Source of the DNA: a virus
Length of the DNA: 43,628 bases
Direction: 5' to 3' (one strand)
IMG/VR virus record: IMGVR_UViG_3300025195_000001
The position numbers and the translations under genes were made by a program. This document shows, in pieces, positions 25,729 to 32,124 of this stretch (position 1 is its first letter; every line of letters begins with the position of its first letter). The notes below the pieces were generated by a model, which worked only from the letters and a program-made list of their open reading frames with translations, searched no databases and had not been told where the DNA came from.

Positions 25729-27390
25729 TTATACATTTTGAATTTTCTCAAACTCCTTTTTAATCAGTTCGTTAAGGTTATCTTGCACCTGCTTGTTGCA
25801 GTTAAAATTCACATATTCATACACCTGATCTAAGCTGATGCGGCCAATGAGGTAATCTTTAATTTTATCTTGTGCTTTCTTTACATCGGTTTTTGCTCTC
25901 AGGCTTTTTTCTGCCCAAATTTTACGGCGGGAGAAACTTTCTACCTTTTCATCATCGAGCCTAAAGAAGCGATAAGCGTATTCAAAACTGTTATTTTCCT
26001 TGAAGGATCGGGCAGGATCAAAATATTTACTAGGGTAGACCGGTTGCCATTCTGGGTGATTCTTTTTCCATTTTTTCACTTCCTTAAGGACCTGGAGACA
26101 CTTCATCCAACGTTCGAAAGTGTTCGGCTTGCTTAATCTTTGCCCGTTAAAGTTGATAAACTTATCATTCATCCAAAGCTTATAAGCATTTACCCAAGTA
26201 CCGGGATGGCAATCGAGATCTGAAAAGATGCTCGCAGCATATTTAAAAATATCTTGGATGGCCAGTTCTTTAAAATCGTCGGGATGCAAAGCGCCGTAGT
26301 AAGCTTCGTGTCTGGCAATTTGCTCGGCAATCGGTTGGTATTTGTCGTGTTTACCGGCAGAAAGTTCGCGGCCCAGTGTGGCTTTTTCTACTAGATTGCA
26401 CGCTAAAACCTCGCTGAGCTCGTATTTTTTCGCGGCATTGCCCGAAATTTTTTCGGCATCCTTAAATTTTTTCGGCACCTTGCCTTTGGGTTTTTTGGTA
26501 GTATTTTTAGTAGCAATATAATCTGATGGCGCGTTAGCGACATCTCCTTTATCCCTTATCTTATACTTATCTAACAGATTCTTTCTACTAGATACATTGT
26601 TATGTTGAACTTTGTTGGTTCTCTCTTGGGTAACTGCCTGATTTTCAGTAGTACGATTTTTCGAACTTCCGTTGTCAGTAACGACTAGAATTTCAGCATT
26701 GAAAGCAATTTTAATGGCTCTGTTGGCTCCGCGAAATTGATAACCTACTAACACGCCACATTCTTCTAAACGTTCTCTATGGTGTCTTATCGTCTCTACA
26801 GTAACGGGTAAATTTCGGCATCCGTTACGTTCAGCTTCGACGATCTTGTTCGGGTATAGATCCATCTTGGGTAAATCACCCAAAACTTCAACGCCAAGTT
26901 TTTTGCGCACTTGCTTGCGCTTAAAAAGCTGCATGTTGTATTGGTGTAGAAAAGCGAGAAAGTATTTCTCGGTGTCGGGTTTTACTTCCTGGCGTAAATT
27001 ACGCTTGCGAAGTTGCGGGCCGTGTTTGGAGTTGTATTTCTCGACTGCTTCATTAAAAGCTTCCGGGGCGAGGTGTTTGTGTTGTTCTTTCCAGACTTGT
27101 TCTTGTATTTTTTGTTCGAGTGGAATGGAAGCCTGGCGACGGTGCCGGATCACTTCTTTGTTAAACTTGCGCACTTCAGCATTCTCGATCCAAACCTGCA
27201 TATTGTACTTTTTAATATGTTGGTTGTAATTGGCGAGCGTGGCCTTAAAATCTTGATTAGTAAGAATAGGGAAGATAAACTGTTGGCTTTCGCTCCGGTT
27301 TTCTTCTGAAGTGGTTGCGGGTTGTTTTTGCAAACCGTTAAGCTGCAAAATACTATTGGTAATACTACCAAGGGATCTAGGCGTGCTCAT
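25729..27390 (-). CDS. Large early protein with a wHTH-like segment (possible replication initiator or organiser)
   Basis: 553 aa, basic. VTVETIRHHRERLEECGVLVGY resembles a winged helix. No helicase, primase or polymerase motifs were seen. The function is inferred only from size and position. Confidence 0.35.
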   Translation of the reverse strand: MSTPRSLGSITNSILQLNGLQKQPATTSEENRSESQQFIFPILTNQDFKATLANYNQHIKKYNMQVWIENAEVRKFNKEVIRHRRQASIPLEQKIQEQVWKEQHKHLAPEAFNEAVEKYNSKHGPQLRKRNLRQEVKPDTEKYFLAFLHQYNMQLFKRKQVRKKLGVEVLGDLPKMDLYPNKIVEAERNGCRNLPVTVETIRHHRERLEECGVLVGYQFRGANRAIKIAFNAEILVVTDNGSSKNRTTENQAVTQERTNKVQHNNVSSRKNLLDKYKIRDKGDVANAPSDYIATKNTTKKPKGKVPKKFKDAEKISGNAAKKYELSEVLACNLVEKATLGRELSAGKHDKYQPIAEQIARHEAYYGALHPDDFKELAIQDIFKYAASIFSDLDCHPGTWVNAYKLWMNDKFINFNGQRLSKPNTFERWMKCLQVLKEVKKWKKNHPEWQPVYPSKYFDPARSFKENNSFEYAYRFFRLDDEKVESFSRRKIWAEKSLRAKTDVKKAQDKIKDYLIGRISLDQVYEYVNFNCNKQVQDNLNELIKKEFEKIQNV

Positions 27391-27391
27391 A

Positions 27392-27571
27392 TCAATGAAT
27401 TATTAATACGTTTCTAGAATTTTCAGTCTCGTCTTTTTCAATGATGAGCCTTTCTTCTATAAATGCATTTTCCGCATAGATAATTTCAAAGCTTCCAGAT
27501 CTGTCCGGAATGAAAACATCTAAGTTTTCATCTACTTTTTCAAAAAACTTTTTCAACTCTTTTACCTTCAT
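27392..27571 (-). CDS. Putative 59-aa protein
   Basis: Own translation begins MKVKELKKFFEKVDENLDVF. Its stop lies 1 nt before the 553-aa ATG. Confidence 0.4.
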   Translation of the reverse strand: MKVKELKKFFEKVDENLDVFIPDRSGSFEIIYAENAFIEERLIIEKDETENSRNVLIIH

Positions 27572-27634
27572 AACTCTTCATTTTAGATTATAAAATCCCT
27601 TACCCGCTAATGCGGGGTAAATTTTTAATATGGT

Positions 27635-27675
27635 TAATCGGGCGGGGAGTTATTTTTACTCGATTCGCCCGATTA
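27635..27675. promoter_or_regulatory. 10-bp perfect inverted repeat in a 177-bp non-coding gap
   Basis: taatcgggcg (27635..27644) and cgcccgatta (27666..27675) are separated by 21 nt. The adjacent GC-rich hairpin tacccgc/gcggggta lies at about 27599..27620. Confidence 0.45.
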
Positions 27676-27748
27676 TCGGCGTTTTGCCTCTGGGTGTGAA
27701 ACAATCAGGGAACGATCCTGAAATTAAATGCGCCAACCGCTGTTCCTT

Positions 27749-27952
27749 TTACTTTCCGTGCATAATCTCTGCGATAAGTTGCTCTTTGTTATCGGGGTGC
27801 CAAATGGCAGGCATATCATCGTAGATCGTTTTCTTTTTCTTTTTTGGTTTTGGTTGTACGAGTTCTTGTAATCGCTGCAATAGCACTTCTTGCTCCTTCT
27901 TAGGTAAAGAAGAAACAATCGGCATCACGCTATTTGCAGTGAGTTGACTCAT
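27749..27952 (-). CDS. Hypothetical protein
   Basis: 67-aa ORF with a Lys-rich centre. Confidence 0.45.
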   Translation of the reverse strand: MSQLTANSVMPIVSSLPKKEQEVLLQRLQELVQPKPKKKKKTIYDDMPAIWHPDNKEQLIAEIMHGK

Positions 27953-28176
27953 TACTGTGCTAGTTTAAGTTTAGGTTGATTAATTTGATGCAGATCGAAC
28001 TGGATCTCGTTGGCGATCACACAAAATTTTCTACCTGTTTTTTCCATCTCTTTAAAAAAAGTACTACCTAATGGTGCCACTAAAGTTTCTACACAAATTT
28101 TATCTTCGGTTACTCGAAGTTCATCTTCCAGAAAATCGCACCGCAGTAAAAATTCTATTAATTGATAATCTTTCAT
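27952..28176 (-). CDS. Hypothetical protein
   Basis: 74-aa ORF that overlaps the downstream gene by 1 nt. Confidence 0.45.
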   Translation of the reverse strand: MKDYQLIEFLLRCDFLEDELRVTEDKICVETLVAPLGSTFFKEMEKTGRKFCVIANEIQFDLHQINQPKLKLAQ

Positions 28177-28201
28177 TACAAAGGTTTTATAGTTAGGTAT
28201 T

Positions 28202-28375
28202 TTAAAAAAGGACGCGCATTTCTTGGGTATAAAGCTTTAACTGTCGCTTATAGATCTGCTGCAGTTCTTCCTTCTGTTGTGGGGTAACATTATAAAGTTT
28301 ATCTAGCCTTGTGAGGTTAGCTTTTAAGCGGGCAATTGCCGTTTTATAGAATATGCGGTCCTTCTTTACTTTCAT
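28202..28375 (-). CDS. Hypothetical protein
   Basis: The track ORF extends to 28405. The ATG at 28375 (MKVKKDRIF) overlaps the LuxR-type gene stop (TAATG) and is the likelier start. Confidence 0.45.
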   Translation of the reverse strand: MKVKKDRIFYKTAIARLKANLTRLDKLYNVTPQQKEELQQIYKRQLKLYTQEMRVLF

Positions 28376-28995
28376 TAGTTTATTACATTTGCGCGCATCG
28401 CACACATTAATAATCCGGTTTTGCTAAACACGTTCGCTTTTCTAAAAAATGAACGCTTATGTTGGTTAAAGGTTGAAACGGCAACACCAAGCTCCATCGC
28501 TACTACTTCATCTTTATAGTCTTCTGCAAATAAGTCTAGCATTTTCAATTCTCTAGGCTTTAAGGGGCTGCCGTTAAGTTTTATCGTTTTAAAGTTGAGT
28601 GAAACGCAATCTGTAGAATGCCGGTAGTTTTCCGGTTCTTGCAGATCACCGTTAATTATGTCTGGCGTATCGTCGAGGCCACCGTACATAAAATACGTGT
28701 ATAATTCTACTCGTCTGGTAAAAGAGAGGGGTTGGTGGTTATGTTGTAAAGCATTAATATGCTTTTGTGCTTCTTTGTTGGAGTTGAAGGCATTGGCAAG
28801 CAACGTAAAGTCTTTTTTATCGAGTTCTTTAAACTCGTGTGTTTTGCCGTTTTGTATAAATTGTACCTCCATCGTTTCTGGGCGACCAAAAAATTCTATT
28901 CTGGTGTCGTTTTGTAGCAACCCCGCAATTAGGTGTTGCACTTGTTGGTTGTTTGTTGTAAGTTTGTCCATAAGATGTTTTATTGATTCGTTCAT
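28375..28995 (-). CDS. LuxR/GerE-type HTH transcriptional regulator
   Basis: The C-terminus LKPRELKMLDLFAEDYKDEVVAMELGVAVSTFNQHKRSFFRKANV fits the LuxR-type HTH pattern. The start was moved to the ATG at 28995 (MNESIKHL) because the upstream 75 nt form a perfect 11-bp hairpin plus the TAACGCTTAA motif. Confidence 0.6.
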   Translation of the reverse strand: MNESIKHLMDKLTTNNQQVQHLIAGLLQNDTRIEFFGRPETMEVQFIQNGKTHEFKELDKKDFTLLANAFNSNKEAQKHINALQHNHQPLSFTRRVELYTYFMYGGLDDTPDIINGDLQEPENYRHSTDCVSLNFKTIKLNGSPLKPRELKMLDLFAEDYKDEVVAMELGVAVSTFNQHKRSFFRKANVFSKTGLLMCAMRANVIN

Positions 28996-29002
28996 TAAAA
29001 TA

Positions 29003-29013
29003 TTAAGCGTTAA
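29003..29013 (-). promoter_or_regulatory. TTAACGCTTAA motif, copy 4
   Basis: The plus strand reads ttaagcgttaa, 8 nt upstream of the ATG at 28995. Confidence 0.4.
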
Positions 29014-29054
29014 GTCCTGAAGGGAGTTCCAGTCCAACTTCAGGACTTTTTTTT
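29012..29054. terminator. Perfect 11-bp stem hairpin between the first two early genes and the LuxR-type gene
   Basis: aagtcctgaag (29012..29022) pairs with cttcaggactt (29038..29048). A T-tract follows on the plus strand, which is an A-tract preceding the hairpin on the minus strand. Confidence 0.5.
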
Positions 29055-29099
29055 GTGCTGTTATCTCCAACAGCGATGAGCAGGGTTTGCTCGAGTAAC

Positions 29100-29300
29100 C
29101 TACGGTTCATTAAATATGTGGTGAGAAACATTATTTTTATTTTTTGGTGTCGTATCGCGAAATGCCATAATGCCTAAAGCTATGATCACTACTAAAACGA
29201 ACCATAAAAAACGGTTGCCGGCGCGATACGCTGCTTTTTCTGCCTTGAGCTCGCGAGCGCGGTCTAAGGCTTTTTGGTGTTTAACTTGCTTCTTGTACAT
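29100..29300 (-). CDS. Small membrane protein
   Basis: 66 aa with a central TM helix (FLWFVLVVIIALGIMAF). Confidence 0.45.
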   Translation of the reverse strand: MYKKQVKHQKALDRARELKAEKAAYRAGNRFLWFVLVVIIALGIMAFRDTTPKNKNNVSHHIFNEP

Positions 29301-29571
29301 TGGTAAGGTTTTTAGCTTTATCGAATAATGAATTTCGCGCTTGGCTTTGGCGAGTTTTACGCTCTACCAATTCTGAGATAAATGCCCAGATTCCTTTTTC
29401 TACTTTCTCGTGTCGAACTTTACCGTGAAATACATTTGAGATAAATGGCTGAGAAAACGGGTTTTTCCATTGGTTTAAATAACCATGCTCAGTGAGATAA
29501 TTTCTAATCTTGGTAATATGCTGTGCACCAATTAGATCGATATACACTTTTTTTTGCTCCTCCGACATCAT
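29281..29571 (-). CDS. First early-leftward gene (Cro-position protein)
   Basis: 96 aa, divergent from the cI-like gene across a 149-bp operator region. The functional analogy to Cro is positional only. Confidence 0.45.
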   Translation of the reverse strand: MMSEEQKKVYIDLIGAQHITKIRNYLTEHGYLNQWKNPFSQPFISNVFHGKVRHEKVEKGIWAFISELVERKTRQSQARNSLFDKAKNLTNVQEAS

Positions 29572-29642
29572 AGTATTCTGCTATTGCTCAAACAAATACA
29601 ATATTATATATTTGCTAGTAGTTAATTAATTGCTTGTTAAGG

Positions 29643-29650
29643 CAAATATA
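29643..29650 (-). promoter_or_regulatory. -7 box TATATTTG of the early-leftward promoter
   Basis: A perfect TAnnTTTG on the minus strand (plus-strand caaatata). The operator palindrome lies immediately upstream of it. Confidence 0.5.
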
Positions 29651-29657
29651 AAACAAT

Positions 29658-29676
29658 GTTGCAGAATATTGCAAGT
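29658..29676. promoter_or_regulatory. Operator-like palindrome, copy 1 (TTGCA-N6-TGCAA)
   Basis: gttgcagaatattgcaagt. Further TTGCAA half-sites occur at 29681..29686 and 29704..29709. Confidence 0.6.
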
Positions 29677-29720
29677 AAAATTGCAAAAAACTGCTATAAA
29701 TATTTGCAATATTTTGCTTT

Positions 29721-30149
29721 ATGCTGAAAATCAAAGAGATAAGAGAGAATAAGAATATATCACAAGATAAGCTTGTTGAACTTACTGGAATTCCTAAACG
29801 AACCTACGTAAATTACGAAAATGGGAAATCCGATATACCATTCTCAAAGTTGCAGAATATTGCAAGTGCTTTGAATGTAAGAGTACAGGATTTTATTGAG
29901 GAGAAAAAAGTGGATAAAGTAAATGAAACTCCTCCACCTTATGAAGATGAAGTAAATCTCTTGAGTTTAAAAAAAGACCTTAAAACAATTTATCAAGGTT
30001 TGACCACTAATTTTAATACCATTAGTGAAGGTGTGTTTCACGTTCTGCAGGACACACAAGAAATAAAAAGATTTATTGGTGAGCTAGACCCCAAAGCCAT
30101 TAATAATGCAAGTGAAGGATTGAATAAATTTTTAGAAGAACATAAATAA
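29721..30149 (+). CDS. XRE-family HTH repressor (cI-like), without a peptidase S24 domain
   Basis: 142 aa. The N-terminus KEIRENKNISQDKLVELTGIPKRTYVNYENGKSDIPFSKLQNIASAL is a classic XRE HTH. The C-terminal 80 aa lack a Ser/Lys autoprotease pattern. Confidence 0.8.
   Translation: MLKIKEIRENKNISQDKLVELTGIPKRTYVNYENGKSDIPFSKLQNIASALNVRVQDFIEEKKVDKVNETPPPYEDEVNLLSLKKDLKTIYQGLTTNFNTISEGVFHVLQDTQEIKRFIGELDPKAINNASEGLNKFLEEHK
29849..29867. promoter_or_regulatory. Operator-like palindrome, copy 2, inside the repressor coding sequence
   Basis: An exact 19-bp copy of 29658..29676. It encodes KLQNIAS of the HTH recognition region. Confidence 0.5.
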
Positions 30150-30155
30150 TGGGGT

Positions 30156-31064
30156 ATGGAAACTAACCAAGATTTAAATTACCGCGCTTTTACAGGTAAG
30201 GCCGAATATGACAAAGCCATCAATTCATTAAAAGGAATCCTTCACGGAATCCGGCTTGATGATGAAATAAATTTTAAAGAGTTACAGGAACTTGATCGAT
30301 GGGCAGAAATTCATTCTGAATTGGTTCATCAAAATCCATTTTATGAATTTATCCAGACAATTAGAACATCTATACGTGATGAAGAAATTCCTGTTAGAGA
30401 AGCAATCGAAGATTTATATTGGTTAACTCAGAAATACGATAAAGAAAACGTGTTTTATGATACTGTATCATCAGATCTACAGATATTGCAGGGAATTTGT
30501 CATGGTATTTTAGCAGACGGTATTATTAAAGACAAAGAAGTTACAGAATTGCAAAAATGGCTAGATAATAATCTGCATTTATCTAGTTATTACCCTTATG
30601 ATGAACTTCGAACTGTCTTAAGTAAAATTCTTGCAGATGGAATTGTCGATGAAGAAGAGAAAATTTTACTGAAAGCTTATTTTAATCAGTTTGTTCAACT
30701 TACCGATAAAGAATTAACCACTAAAATAAAGGATGAAGTCAAAGCCACTAAAATTTCAGGACTATGTGCATTAGATCCTGAAATAAGTTTTGAAAATAAT
30801 CTATTCTGTATTACAGGAAAGCTACAACGGGAAACCAGAAAAGTACTTTCTGAAAAAATTGTCGAGCTTGGCGGCACCTTTAAAAATGGTATTACAAAAT
30901 CTACCAATTACTTAGTGGTTGGTGACAACGGTAATCCCGCCTGGGCATTTGCCTGTTATGGTAGAAAAGTTGAGGAAGCTTTAAAAATGAGAAGGGATGG
31001 TGCGAATATCACCATCGTACATGAGCTTGATTTGTGGGATTATATTGATGAAATGAATAGTTAA
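30156..31064 (+). CDS. Protein with two TerB-like repeats and a C-terminal BRCT domain
   Basis: 302 aa. The repeated units LKGILHGIRLDDEINFKELQEL and LQGICHGILADGIIKDKEVTEL / ILADGIVDEEEKILL show the TerB-like ADG...E...L pattern. The C-terminus LFCITGKL...RKVLSEKIVELGG...STNYLVVGDNG fits the LigA-type BRCT pattern. It starts 7 nt after the cI stop. Confidence 0.7.
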   Translation: METNQDLNYRAFTGKAEYDKAINSLKGILHGIRLDDEINFKELQELDRWAEIHSELVHQNPFYEFIQTIRTSIRDEEIPVREAIEDLYWLTQKYDKENVFYDTVSSDLQILQGICHGILADGIIKDKEVTELQKWLDNNLHLSSYYPYDELRTVLSKILADGIVDEEEKILLKAYFNQFVQLTDKELTTKIKDEVKATKISGLCALDPEISFENNLFCITGKLQRETRKVLSEKIVELGGTFKNGITKSTNYLVVGDNGNPAWAFACYGRKVEEALKMRRDGANITIVHELDLWDYIDEMNS

Positions 31065-31066
31065 TT

Positions 31067-31672
31067 ATGAAGGGTCTTTATATAGTATTGTTTCTATTAC
31101 CAAGTTTTTGTTTTGCGCAGTTAACCTATAATTCTGATCGTACTTTCTCCTACGAAGAAGTTGTCGAGATCGATAGTCTTTCAAAAAATGAAATTCATCA
31201 AAAGGTAATGAGTTGGTTTCAGAAAAAATATAATAGCACCAATTCTGAAGTTAGAATAAACTCACCCGAAGAAATACTTTTCAATTTAGTGGAGTCCATA
31301 GATTATAAAGTAAACGGTGTGCCTTATCCCGCAACTGTCGATTTCACCATGAATATTAAACTGAAAGATGGTAAATATAAATTGACAATAGAAGATTTAT
31401 ATAGCAACATCAATGACTTTAGAAGAAAAGTTAGTGATCAACAAATGACTTTTGAAGAATATAAAATTTTCTATAAATCTCAAATTGAAGAAATGGAAGG
31501 CTACACGAAAGAAGCTGCTTTAAAAATGCTGAAAAACGATAAGCAAATGATAACTGTTTACAATGTAGCTATGAAATCTAATAAAGATATTTTCGAGAAT
31601 AGTAAGGCAACAATTATAGAGACAGTAAATAGCTTGAAAGAAAACCTTGAAGGCTCAGATGAAGATTGGTAA
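31067..31672 (+). CDS. Secreted protein (signal peptide, possibly DUF4468-like)
   Basis: 201 aa with the N-terminus MKGLYIVLFLLPSFCFAQ. It starts 3 nt after the BRCT gene stop. The family assignment comes from memory of Bacteroidetes proteins and is unverified. Confidence 0.5.
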   Translation: MKGLYIVLFLLPSFCFAQLTYNSDRTFSYEEVVEIDSLSKNEIHQKVMSWFQKKYNSTNSEVRINSPEEILFNLVESIDYKVNGVPYPATVDFTMNIKLKDGKYKLTIEDLYSNINDFRRKVSDQQMTFEEYKIFYKSQIEEMEGYTKEAALKMLKNDKQMITVYNVAMKSNKDIFENSKATIIETVNSLKENLEGSDEDW

Positions 31673-31849
31673 CTAATCCTCTGTAAAGGCTTTTTCTAAT
31701 TGGATTTGTTCCTGTTTTGTGTATAAATGTTTGTTTTCTAAGTAGATGAGATAAGCCTGTAATTTTTCTTGACTTGACAAGCCTGACGGTACTTTAAATG
31801 TGGTGAGAACATCTAAAATAGTAAATATTTATTCGTTTTTACCTTGGAT

Positions 31850-31866
31850 ATAGAAACGGACATAGA
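31850..31866 (+). promoter_or_regulatory. Candidate integrase arm-type site (P arm)
   Basis: atagaaacggacataga matches 32093..32109 at 16 of 17 positions. Each copy contains two ATAGA(A) units. Confidence 0.5.
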
Positions 31867-31948
31867 AATTTTTAAGAATTACAATTTTGATAAAATAAGT
31901 ATAACTGAAAATCAATAGGTTAGGGGTTAAAAAAGTATAGGTGCAGAA

Positions 31949-32003
31949 CTTAAAATCCAATGAACATTAGTTCGTACGGGTTCAAGTCCCGTCCCGAGTA
32001 CCA
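31949..32003 (+). other. attP core: 3' portion of a tRNA-Leu(UAA)-like gene, from the anticodon loop to CCA
   Basis: It contains the anticodon loop cttaaaa, tccaa, a long variable arm gaac-atta-gttc, the T arm acggg-ttcaagt-cccgt, the acceptor 3' strand cccgagt, a discriminator a and cca. The 5' half is absent: the upstream cagaa cannot pair with tccaa. Confidence 0.75.
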
Positions 32004-32007
32004 AGCG

Positions 32008-32034
32008 CAAAACCCCTGTTTTTACAGGGGTTTT
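32008..32034 (+). terminator. Terminator hairpin following the tRNA fragment
   Basis: aaaacccctg-ttttta-caggggtttt. Confidence 0.7.
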
Positions 32035-32092
32035 CGTGTTTTTAGCCTCGACTTTTTCAATATGAAAAAAGACGAGAACACAACAAATGAGC

Positions 32093-32109
32093 ATAGAAAC
32101 GGCCATAGA
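32093..32109 (+). promoter_or_regulatory. Candidate integrase arm-type site (P' arm)
   Basis: atagaaacggccataga, a direct repeat of 31850..31866 on the other side of the core. Confidence 0.5.
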
Positions 32110-32124
32110 TTTTTTGAGTTTTCT

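Noticed and set aside
28996-29070. N-terminal 25 residues of the 231-aa LuxR-type ORF
   Set aside because: This segment is occupied by a perfect 11-bp-stem hairpin and the TAACGCTTAA motif that precedes other start codons. The ATG at 28995 is the more plausible start.
31949-32003. A complete tRNA-Leu gene
   Set aside because: Only the anticodon loop through the CCA end is present. The sequence upstream cannot form the anticodon stem, D arm or acceptor 5' strand, so it is an attP core fragment and not a functional tRNA.
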